From: Candidatus Iainarchaeum sp.
Lineage (GTDB): Archaea; Iainarchaeota; Iainarchaeia; Iainarchaeales; JAFGBZ01
Direction of reading: 5' to 3'
DNA length: 37,216 bases
Assembly (NCBI GenBank): GCA_043817715.1
Contig: JBDRGO010000030.1
Span: 1 to 37,216, forward strand
Below, in pieces: positions 7,890-16,467 of this stretch. Numbering within the stretch: the first letter of the stretch is position 1; each line of letters begins with the position of its first letter. The notes under the pieces were generated by a model that saw only the letters and a list, made by a program, of their open reading frames with translations, searched no databases and was not told the origin of the DNA. Made by a program: the position numbers and the translations under genes.

Positions 7890-8573
7890 ATGTTTGGAGA
7901 ACTTTTTAATATTTTTTTGCAGAGAAAATCAATGAAGGAACTTGTTTCTGAAAATACTTCTTTTGGAAAGGCAATTTCAAGGTATTTGGCAATAACAATT
8001 CTTGGAACAATTGTTTATTTTCTGATTTCACTTGTTGGGGGAATCCTTCAAGCAGTAATTTACGGAAACCTTTCAATACTTTTATTCAGCTTTCTTGGAA
8101 TGCTGATTAATGCAATATTGTTTCCGATTTCCCTTATTGCAGGATTTGTAATTCTTTATGTTCTTGGAGCAGTTGTTTTTGCCTTGGCAAGGCTGTTGGG
8201 AGGAAAAGGCGGATTCATCCAGTTCATGAATAATCTTTTAATGATTATATCCGCGGCAGGGCTTGTTTCACTGGCTTTAACTGTTGTCTGGACAGTTCTC
8301 AGCGTAATTCCATATATCGGGTTTGTGTTCGGAATTATTGGGCTGGCGACATCGCTTGCAATTGCAATTTATGTTCTTTACATGTATATCAAAATTGTTT
8401 CAGTTTACTTTGATATTTCAATGATGAAAGCATTCATTGCATGGTTTGTTCCGTTAATACTGCTGTTAATAATTCTGGCAGTCCTGTTCATTATTTATCT
8501 TTTGGTTTTCAGCCTTGCGGCAGTAACGGCATTACTGGGTTCATTTGCACCAATGGCTATAACAGGAGCCTAA
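7890..8573 (+). CDS. Yip1-domain membrane protein
   Basis: 5-TM pattern with ARLLGGKGGF, IPYIG, ..IS..KA motifs typical of archaeal Yip1 proteins. Confidence 0.8.
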   Translation: MFGELFNIFLQRKSMKELVSENTSFGKAISRYLAITILGTIVYFLISLVGGILQAVIYGNLSILLFSFLGMLINAILFPISLIAGFVILYVLGAVVFALARLLGGKGGFIQFMNNLLMIISAAGLVSLALTVVWTVLSVIPYIGFVFGIIGLATSLAIAIYVLYMYIKIVSVYFDISMMKAFIAWFVPLILLLIILAVLFIIYLLVFSLAAVTALLGSFAPMAITGA

Positions 8574-8638
8574 TGCTCCTTTCTCTTTTTATTTTTGCTT
8601 TCTAATTCTAAAATTTCTTTTTGCTTTTTAACTTTAAA

Positions 8639-8734
8639 TTTTCTTTTTGCAAACTTCCCATTCAAAGCAAGCTTTGAAGGGCGCATTCAAGTTTACTTGA
8701 ATCGCGTTTCTTTTTGTAAAAGAAAAAGTTTATT
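8639..8734. repeat. Intergenic palindromic element carrying a 50-bp double-hairpin insert (8657..8706)
   Basis: Flanks match 25789..25834 (18/18 and 26/28). The insert is CCC-A-TTCAAAGC-AA-GCTTTGAA-GGG plus CGC-ATTCAAG-TTTA-CTTGAAT-C-GCG. Confidence 0.6.
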
Positions 8735-9215
8735 TTGAAAAGGAACCAAAAACAGCGTTCAATGACTGAAATGCTTTTTTTAAATCAATGGAATTGATTA
8801 CAATTGAAGCGGTTCTTTGACCTGCATTAAAGGAGTTCTTGTTAAATGAAAAAACTTCTTCATCAACAAATAAGGGAATTTCTTTTTCATGCATTAAAGG
8901 AGGAACGCTTCCGGTAATGCAGCCTGTTTCATTAATTGTTTCTTCAGGAGAAGCCAGAGTAAGCGAGCCTTTTCCAAACAATTTCGATAATTTTTTTGCA
9001 TCAACTTTTTTATGCGCAGGAACATTTACAACACAATAAAAAAACGGCTCTGTTCTTGTTTTGAAAAGCATTGATTTCACGCCTTCCTCTAACGGAGTGT
9101 TTCTTACTTTTGCTGCCTGTTCGCTGGTTAAAACAGGCTCATGCTTTAATATTTTGAAATCGCAATTCAAACCAGTGAATAAACTGATAATTTTTTGCGT
9201 TTCTTTTTCACCCAA
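8730..9215 (-). CDS. YbaK/ProX-family aminoacyl-tRNA deacylase
   Basis: HEPVLTSEQAA..R, GVKS, TGC..GSVPP, FNAG.R..SI motifs. Confidence 0.88.
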   Translation of the reverse strand: MGEKETQKIISLFTGLNCDFKILKHEPVLTSEQAAKVRNTPLEEGVKSMLFKTRTEPFFYCVVNVPAHKKVDAKKLSKLFGKGSLTLASPEETINETGCITGSVPPLMHEKEIPLFVDEEVFSFNKNSFNAGQRTASIVINSIDLKKAFQSLNAVFGSFSK

Positions 9216-9245
9216 AAAAAATCACTTTCTAAATTAACCAAATAT

Positions 9246-10115
9246 TTAAGCGCTTAATTTCTTAATCAAAGCAGGAATTTCATGAAGCAAATCAGATGCA
9301 ATAAATGAATGCCCTTTTTTCTTCAGTTGATTATCCCCTGCCAAGCCATTAATGAATGCTGCTGCACAGGCGCTTTTGAACAAGTCCCTGCTTAAAGCAG
9401 TCAAGCCAGCACATAATCCTGCAAGGACATCCCCTGTTCCCCCCACGGTCATTCCGGGATTGCCTGTTTTATTCAATGAAATATTTTCCCCGTCAGAAAT
9501 TATGTCAATTTTTCCTTTCAATAAAATAATGCATTTATGTTTTTTTGCCAGTTCCTTCACTGTCTGAATTCTTTTATTTAAATTAAATTTTTCTTCAAAC
9601 AGGGTTTTTCCTGAAAAAATCTCAAACTCGGTTTTATGAGGGGTGAGCAATACCTTTCCGTTGAATTTCATTCCCTTAACTGCCTTAATTGCATCAGCAT
9701 CCAGAATTAATGGAATTCTTTCACGCATTAATTTCTTTACAATTCTTTGAATCAAATGCTGAGTGTCTTTGTTCAAACCCATTCCAGGCCCAATTAAAAC
9801 TGCATCAAATGATTTTGCAACAAAAAAAAGCATTTTCAAGTGCTTGGAGGAAAGATTTTTTCCTGAAAATTTTTTCACAATAATGTCAGGAGAAAAAGAA
9901 TTAATTATGAATCCAGCTTTTTCCGGAGCAGCAACAGTAACAATATCAACCCCGCTTCTTAAAGCAGCCAATGCAGCCATTGCACTTAATGCAGGAGCAC
10001 CAATAAAATCATTGCTTCCTCCAATAACTAAAACTTTTCCATTCTGTCCCTTAAATGAATCAGGACTTCTTTTTGGGATGAAATTTTTGAATGAATTTAA
10101 TGAAATTTCATTCAT
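9246..10115 (-). CDS. nnrD: ADP-dependent NAD(P)H-hydrate dehydratase
   Basis: KG.NGKVLVIGGS..F.GAP, IGPGMG, LDADA, TPH..EF, GGTGDVLAG. Confidence 0.93.
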   Translation of the reverse strand: MNEISLNSFKNFIPKRSPDSFKGQNGKVLVIGGSNDFIGAPALSAMAALAALRSGVDIVTVAAPEKAGFIINSFSPDIIVKKFSGKNLSSKHLKMLFFVAKSFDAVLIGPGMGLNKDTQHLIQRIVKKLMRERIPLILDADAIKAVKGMKFNGKVLLTPHKTEFEIFSGKTLFEEKFNLNKRIQTVKELAKKHKCIILLKGKIDIISDGENISLNKTGNPGMTVGGTGDVLAGLCAGLTALSRDLFKSACAAAFINGLAGDNQLKKKGHSFIASDLLHEIPALIKKLSA

Positions 10116-12004
10116 TTAAATTCCTCTTTCAGTAAGTTATTCATTTCTTTTTTAATTAATTCAGATATTTCTTTTCCGTCCATTTTTCCTTTTAATTCCT
10201 TCATTGCCTCGCCCATTAATGCACTGAATGCATGGATTCCTTTTTCTTTAATTAAGGGTTTGTTTTTCTGAACTATTTCTTCAATGATTTTTTTTCCTTC
10301 TTCTTTTGAAGTCATTGAAACTCCTGCTGATTCATTTAATTCATTTAATGAATTAAAAGGATTTTTAGATAATTCTCCAAGCATTTTTGGAACTGATTCC
10401 CTAGTTAATTTTTTTTCATTTAATGCATTAAAAACCAATTCAATTGATTCATTTGAAAGCAATTCAATTGGATAACCATTTCGTTTAAGAGAAGGCAATT
10501 CATCCAATAAAATAGTTGCAACAAGAGTTGCATTAAATCCTTTTCCAATCAATTCTTCAAAAAAACGCGCATAATTACTTAACTTCATTTGATTAGCTAA
10601 TTTCTCACTTAAATTAAATTTCTTTGAATAAAGTTCAAATCTTTCCTTTTCAGTTAAAGGCAAATGCTTTTTTAAATTCAATAATTCATTTTCATTAACT
10701 TTAATCGGCAATAAATCAGTTTCAGGATACATTCTTGCAGCAGAAGCAATTGGACGCATGTATTCACTTGTTCCTTCAGGCAAAGCATTTCTTGTTTCAC
10801 TTGGAATTTTTTCCAAAGCAATAATGCATCTATCCAAAACAATTTTCAGTGCATTAACTGCTTTTTCTTTTTCTCCTGAAACCAAAACAAAAGCATCTTC
10901 TTTTGAACAAAAAAGCAATGAATTAACTTCATTAATTTCTTTTTCACTTATTCCATAAGCAGGCAATTCATCACTATGAAGCAATCCTTTCAAACCAGTT
11001 CTGATTTTTACATAATTAGATAATTCGGTTCCAAATCTTTTTTTTGGCTGCAATTCTTTTCCAATTAATGCATGCATTTTCTTTAATTTCAAACCAAAAA
11101 CATTTTTTTCTTTCAAAAACTTGCATTCAGAATTAATAAATACTCTACTTAAATCAATTATTTCTTCTTTTCTTAAATCTTCTTTTTTAATTCCTCTTAA
11201 ATTCATTTCATTCATTAATTCAATTAAATTCATTTGTCTTTGAATTTCTAATTCAACCAATTTATCCATTAATTCCAGTTCCTGCACGCCCTTTAATTCA
11301 ACCCTTGCACCGCCTTCAATTGAAATATTCAAATCCTGCCTGACGCTTCCCAAACCTCTTCTTGCATAACCAGTGCGCCTGAACATTGAACCAATTTCTT
11401 TTGCAACTTTTTTTGCTTCTTCAGGGGAGGTTATGTCAGGAGCAGTAGTAAATTCAATTAAAGGAATTCCTAATCTATCCAAGCCATAAATTATTTCATT
11501 TTCATTTTTCTCAATTATTCTAGAAGCATCCTCTTCCAATACAAGCAAATCAACATTGATTTTTTTTCCTTCAACTTCAAAAAAACCATTTCTTGCAACA
11601 AGCATAGTTCTCTGAAAACCACCAGTATTAGAACCATCAATAACTATTTTTCTCATTGGTACAAGTTCCTGAAAAATTTCTGCATTAACCATTAAAGCAA
11701 TTTCATAAATTGTTTGTAATGCCAAAGAATTAATTTCATGGGGAGGCTCTGAATCAGATTCAACTAAACAACAAGCATTATCAAACCAATAATAAACAAA
11801 TGTCTTTGATTTTTTTGCTTCCTCTAAAGCAGCAGCATCAACTGCATTCATTTCAGAAGCAGTAGCACGAAGTTTTCTTTTAAAAACAAAGTCCGGATTC
11901 GCTGTTTCATTTAAAATGCATGGGCAGGAACAGAAAAGTTTTCCAGTATTAAGCTGCTGATGTACTTCTAAACCAACTTTCAATCCAAGTTTTTCATAAT
12001 CCAT
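10112..12004 (-). CDS. gatE: Glu-tRNA(Gln) amidotransferase subunit E
   Basis: GLKVGLEVHQQL..GKLFC.CP, IDGSNT.GFQRT, LDRLGIPLIE, RRGLGSVRQDLN, RMYPETD. Confidence 0.97.
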   Translation of the reverse strand: MDYEKLGLKVGLEVHQQLNTGKLFCSCPCILNETANPDFVFKRKLRATASEMNAVDAAALEEAKKSKTFVYYWFDNACCLVESDSEPPHEINSLALQTIYEIALMVNAEIFQELVPMRKIVIDGSNTGGFQRTMLVARNGFFEVEGKKINVDLLVLEEDASRIIEKNENEIIYGLDRLGIPLIEFTTAPDITSPEEAKKVAKEIGSMFRRTGYARRGLGSVRQDLNISIEGGARVELKGVQELELMDKLVELEIQRQMNLIELMNEMNLRGIKKEDLRKEEIIDLSRVFINSECKFLKEKNVFGLKLKKMHALIGKELQPKKRFGTELSNYVKIRTGLKGLLHSDELPAYGISEKEINEVNSLLFCSKEDAFVLVSGEKEKAVNALKIVLDRCIIALEKIPSETRNALPEGTSEYMRPIASAARMYPETDLLPIKVNENELLNLKKHLPLTEKERFELYSKKFNLSEKLANQMKLSNYARFFEELIGKGFNATLVATILLDELPSLKRNGYPIELLSNESIELVFNALNEKKLTRESVPKMLGELSKNPFNSLNELNESAGVSMTSKEEGKKIIEEIVQKNKPLIKEKGIHAFSALMGEAMKELKGKMDGKEISELIKKEMNNLLKEEFK

Positions 12005-12057
12005 AAATAATACACTTCAAACTTCACATTAATTAAATAACAAATTCTTTTAATCTT

Positions 12058-13203
12058 TTAATTCCCTCTTTCAGCATATTTCTTTTTATAAATCAAAAAC
12101 AAACCTGCAGCCATAATTGAAGTTATTCCAGTTAAAATAAACGGCCAATTATAGCCATAAATGCCTCCAATAGTGGAAAAAACCACTGCCCCGATTAATT
12201 CGCCTAAAACTGTTACAGTCATTATTAATGAGGCATTTCCTGCAAGGCGCTTAAAATCAAATGACCTGAAAATCCAGAAAATCAACCCGATTTCAACCAT
12301 GCCGTCAGCAAATTCATGAATTACACGCATTAAAAAAGAAAACTCTATCGGATTAAAAGTCATCAGAATATGGGTTAAACCAGAAAGAAGCACGCCGACA
12401 GCAAAAAGACTTAAAAAATCAATTTTTTTTGCATCAACTTTTTTGCCGAAATAATACGCAGAAAAACCCAAAAAAGGCAAAGGCAAAGCCATATACAAAC
12501 CCATCTGAAAAAAATCAAGATTAAAAAATTCCTGTAAAAACAATCCATAAGAAGTGCTTTCCGCACCCCAATGCAAAGTAAACAAAAACAGGATAAGAGA
12601 AAAGAAAAGAATGTTCTTTTTTAGGAAGTCATCCTTGTACTGGAAAACTTTTACATCAGAAGATTTAATGTCCTTAAAAAAGAAAAGGAAAAAAATCAAT
12701 AAAATGAAAAGAAATGAAACACCCTGCAGAACCAAATTAAATTCAAAAACAGGGACAAGAACTGAAACAACTAAAACCCCGCAAAAAACTCCAAGCATTA
12801 CAACCAATTTGTATAAGCCCATTGTATTGCCTTCTTTCCCTTGAGGAGAAGACTTCAAAAAATAATTCCTCAAAGAATTGGTTCCAACCTTTAAACCAAT
12901 TCCCCCAAAAAGAAACAAAGCAAAAAAAGCAATAAACCCTGAAAAAAAAGTTATTCCAGAATAAAACGCACTCAACAAAATAAAACTTAAAAGCAAAGGT
13001 TTCTTGACTGATTTCTTGTCATTAACAAACCCGCTTGGAAAAAAAGCAATAAATGCGGCAACAGAACTCAAGCCAACAAGCAGGCCTATCTCAAAGCCAG
13101 TAAAATTCAGTTCAGCCAGATAAATTGGAATAAAGAAAAACGAAACTCTTGAAGCAAAAAAAAACAGAAAAACCAATAAAAAAAGCATTAAATCATTTTT
13201 CAA
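12058..13203 (-). CDS. MFS transporter
   Basis: About 12 TM segments, 381 aa, G...D+...K loop motif in both halves. Confidence 0.85.
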   Translation of the reverse strand: MKNDLMLFLLVFLFFFASRVSFFFIPIYLAELNFTGFEIGLLVGLSSVAAFIAFFPSGFVNDKKSVKKPLLLSFILLSAFYSGITFFSGFIAFFALFLFGGIGLKVGTNSLRNYFLKSSPQGKEGNTMGLYKLVVMLGVFCGVLVVSVLVPVFEFNLVLQGVSFLFILLIFFLFFFKDIKSSDVKVFQYKDDFLKKNILFFSLILFLFTLHWGAESTSYGLFLQEFFNLDFFQMGLYMALPLPFLGFSAYYFGKKVDAKKIDFLSLFAVGVLLSGLTHILMTFNPIEFSFLMRVIHEFADGMVEIGLIFWIFRSFDFKRLAGNASLIMTVTVLGELIGAVVFSTIGGIYGYNWPFILTGITSIMAAGLFLIYKKKYAERGN

Positions 13204-13239
13204 TCAAAACACCTTCTGTTTTTATTCTTTAAACCCCAT

Positions 13240-13788
13240 TCAAAAAACCATGTTCTTTTTCTTCAATTTTTTTCTTTTTGCTTTTTCAAAAAACAATTTA
13301 GGAAAACTTTTAACAATTGAATCCTTCATTTTAAAGCCAAGCTTTTCTGCAATTAAAGTAATTGATTTTTTTTCGCCTTCAATTTCAATCCAAAAACCAA
13401 TTACAGGGAGTTCAGCTAAATCAAGTACTGCATTTTTCAGTTTAAACACTTTTTTCTTTTTTTGATAAATGAATTTTTCCTTTAAACCCATTTCATTTAA
13501 TTCTTTTTTTAATTTAACAAAAGAATTTACTTTAAATTCAATTTCAGTTCTTTCTTTGAAAATCGAAGATTTCAAAGGGCCCTTAAAACACAAATAAATT
13601 TCTTTATTCATTTTTCTTAAACGAACAACACAATCGCTTTTAGAAACTGCTTTATTTTCAGAATCAAATAAATGATTTGATTCACTAAAAGAACCAATTT
13701 TTTTTGCCTTCAAATCTTTAAGTTTTTTTTCTAATTCATTTAATTCTTTTCTTGAATTTAATTTAAATTTTAATTCAATTTCATTCAT
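13240..13788 (-). CDS. CYTH domain protein (class IV adenylate cyclase-like/triphosphatase)
   Basis: N-terminal EIELKF (ExExK), VRLR, FKGP, R.EIE, IEIEG. Confidence 0.9.
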   Translation of the reverse strand: MNEIELKFKLNSRKELNELEKKLKDLKAKKIGSFSESNHLFDSENKAVSKSDCVVRLRKMNKEIYLCFKGPLKSSIFKERTEIEFKVNSFVKLKKELNEMGLKEKFIYQKKKKVFKLKNAVLDLAELPVIGFWIEIEGEKKSITLIAEKLGFKMKDSIVKSFPKLFFEKAKRKKLKKKNMVF

Positions 13789-13841
13789 TTAAAAACCTCC
13801 GAGGTTTTTAAAGCTTTAAATTGTTCACAATTTAAATTCAT

Positions 13842-14054
13842 TTAATCACTTAACTTTAATTTAACCATTTTAGCAGAACCAATAAAATAAAACTCAACCT
13901 TATCAGTCAAATAATGGCTTAAATACCTTGAAACCAATGATTTATCCAAATCAGTGCTTCGAGCAATTTCACGAACCCAAACACCTTGAGGATGGAATTT
14001 AAGGAATTTTAAGAGGGTTTTGAGTTTCTTTAAATCAGGTCCTTTTGAAGGCAT
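13842..14054 (-). CDS. Small winged-helix DNA-binding protein
   Basis: HPQGVWVREIARSTDLDKSLVSRYL helix-turn-helix followed by a beta wing. Confidence 0.8.
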   Translation of the reverse strand: MPSKGPDLKKLKTLLKFLKFHPQGVWVREIARSTDLDKSLVSRYLSHYLTDKVEFYFIGSAKMVKLKLSD

Positions 14055-14083
14055 ATAAAGTTTAAGACAGTTGTCTTTTTAAA

Positions 14084-15391
14084 TTATTCTGGTGCAAATT
14101 CCTTTGAAATCCTTGCATTAAATTCCCCTGCAATATTTTCAAGTAACATTTCTTTTGCTTTTTTTGAATAATTACCTAAAAGCCATGCAAGTTTAATATA
14201 AGCTGTTTCGGAAAGCATGTCATCAGAAAAAATTATTCCTATTTCTTTTAATCTTCTTAAATTAGTGTAAACCTGTGAACTTGTCCTGCCATAAATGCAT
14301 TGAGTAGCCATTACAACAATTGTCCCTGATTTAATTAATTTCTTTAATGCCTCATAATTTGGCAAATTTTCTTTTATATTAGTTGGAGCATGACCAAAAG
14401 CAGTTCCCTCTAAAACCAATCCATTAAATTTATTTTTTCTGTAAAAATCAAATTCTTCAGGATACATATTTGGCCTGATTTTAAGGATTGCAACTTTTTC
14501 TCCAAACTTATTTTTTAATTCCAATTTGTTTGAAGAAGATTTTTTTGAATAATCTTTTTTCAGATACCCGATTTTTTTTTCAGCATAATTCACCCTTGCA
14601 ATCGGCAGATCATTTATTGCTTTAAACGCATCTCTTCTTGAAGTATGCATTTTACGCGTTTTTGTTCCAGGCAAAATTAATGCATTGCCGTCATTGATAT
14701 TTTCATGCATGCATATTCCCACTCCGCAAAAATCGGTTTTTGAAATAAAATAAGCTGCATTCAATAAATTTTCAGCCGCATCAGTGCTTGGCCTGTCAGT
14801 TGAACGCTGTGAACCTACAATCAAAACAGGAATATTTAATCCCTGCAATGCAAAACTTAATGCAGCAGAAGTATAAGCCAATGTATCTGTTCCATGCCCG
14901 ATAATTATTCCTGAATAATTTTTGCTTTCATCAAACACCGCTTTTGAAATTTTTGTGTAATAGCTGAAAGTCATGTCTTCTGACATTATGTTTGAAACTT
15001 TTTTTGTTTCAACCTGCGCAATTTCAGTTATTTCAGGAATTAATTTAATCAAATCCTCCGGCTCATATGAGGCAATTACCCCGCCCAAAGAATAATCAAC
15101 TTTTGATGCAATTGTTCCGCCTGTATGCATTACCAATATTTTCGGCAGTCCCTTATTTGAAGAAAGATTTATTTTTGACTTTTCGGTGCTTTTTTTTCCG
15201 GAAGAAATTTTTTTAATTTTCAATTCATTTAATTCAGCAAATCCTGCATTGTAGCCATTATCAAACTTTAAATTAATTGAATTTGAAATTGAGGGAATTA
15301 TTGTCCCGACAGATTTTTTTTCTTTTGATTCAATTTCAACCCTGTCTCCCGCGGAAACCTTGTGCTTTTTTAAAAATTGCTCAGAATCCAT
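14084..15391 (-). CDS. gatD: Glu-tRNA(Gln) amidotransferase subunit D
   Basis: TGGTIAS.VDY..GGV, HGTDT, GSQRS.DRPS.DA, RKMHTSRRDAF; N-terminal K.DNGYN.G domain. Confidence 0.97.
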   Translation of the reverse strand: MDSEQFLKKHKVSAGDRVEIESKEKKSVGTIIPSISNSINLKFDNGYNAGFAELNELKIKKISSGKKSTEKSKINLSSNKGLPKILVMHTGGTIASKVDYSLGGVIASYEPEDLIKLIPEITEIAQVETKKVSNIMSEDMTFSYYTKISKAVFDESKNYSGIIIGHGTDTLAYTSAALSFALQGLNIPVLIVGSQRSTDRPSTDAAENLLNAAYFISKTDFCGVGICMHENINDGNALILPGTKTRKMHTSRRDAFKAINDLPIARVNYAEKKIGYLKKDYSKKSSSNKLELKNKFGEKVAILKIRPNMYPEEFDFYRKNKFNGLVLEGTAFGHAPTNIKENLPNYEALKKLIKSGTIVVMATQCIYGRTSSQVYTNLRRLKEIGIIFSDDMLSETAYIKLAWLLGNYSKKAKEMLLENIAGEFNARISKEFAPE

Positions 15392-15445
15392 TTAAATCAA
15401 TACAAATAGGAAAGAATGCTTTAAATTCTTTTTTCTTTAAAACAA

Positions 15446-15512
15446 TTAAGCCATATTTGCGAAGCAAGCACTGCTGAAAGCATTGCACACATGCCAACAA
15501 AGTGAGCCGTTG
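15446..15512. other. Structured repeated element, copy B
   Basis: Homologous to 1851..1909; lies in the divergent gatD/fbp intergenic region. Confidence 0.55.
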
Positions 15513-15558
15513 ATTTAAATTCTTTTTTGCTCTAATAAAATCGGTTGAGGGCAAAAAA

Positions 15559-16467
15559 ATGGAAAAAAGCATTACATTAGAACAGCACTTAAAAGACGCC
15601 GATTCAGGCATTAAAGAACTGATTTTACTGATTGCAAAAAATTCAAGAAAAATCAATAAGGCATTTGAAACACAATATGGCTATACCTGCACTAAAAACT
15701 CTTACGGAGAAACACAGATTGCATTGGACAAGTATGCAGACCAACTGCTGATTAAAGAGTTTGAAAAATCAAAATTAGTAAGAACAGTTGCTTCAGAAGA
15801 ACAGGATGAAATAATTGAAATAATCAAGACAAAAGGCGAATTCGGCATTACTCTGGATCCATTGGATGGTTCAGGCTGCATTAACACAAATCTTTCAGTC
15901 GGAACAATTGCAGGAATATTTAATGAAGGAAATGTAATGGAAAAAGGAAATAAAATGGATGCAGCCTGTTATGTTTTGTATGGCCCAATTACTTCATTTG
16001 TTTACTCTGCAAAAAATGGATTACATGAATTTTTAATGAATTCAAAAGGAAAATTTATTCTAAAAAAAGAAAACATACTTATTCCTGAAGGAAAAATTTA
16101 TTCACCTGGAGGATTAAGAAAAGATTATTTTCCTAAACACAAAAAATTAATTGAAGAATTAGAAAAAGAAGGATTCAAATTAAGATTTTCTGGTTCATTT
16201 GCTGCTGATTTTAATCAAATACTTTATTATGGCGGAATTTTTACTTATCCTGCAGTAAAAACTCAACCTCAAGGAAAACTTCGTTTATTATTTGAAGCAA
16301 ATCCAATGAGTTTTTTAATTAAAGAAGCAGGAGGAGATTCTTCAAATGGTTATGAAAAAATTCTGAATATAAAACCTGAAGCATTAAATCAAAGAACTCC
16401 TTTATATCTTGGAACAAAAAAATTAATTAAAAAAACTGAAAAAATTTTTAGGAGGAATAACAAATGA
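15559..16467 (+). CDS. fbp: Fructose-1,6-bisphosphatase class 1
   Basis: N..GE.Q..LD, ASEE, LDPLDGS, VGTI.GI, YGP, GKLRLLFEANPM. Confidence 0.95.
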   Translation: MEKSITLEQHLKDADSGIKELILLIAKNSRKINKAFETQYGYTCTKNSYGETQIALDKYADQLLIKEFEKSKLVRTVASEEQDEIIEIIKTKGEFGITLDPLDGSGCINTNLSVGTIAGIFNEGNVMEKGNKMDAACYVLYGPITSFVYSAKNGLHEFLMNSKGKFILKKENILIPEGKIYSPGGLRKDYFPKHKKLIEELEKEGFKLRFSGSFAADFNQILYYGGIFTYPAVKTQPQGKLRLLFEANPMSFLIKEAGGDSSNGYEKILNIKPEALNQRTPLYLGTKKLIKKTEKIFRRNNK

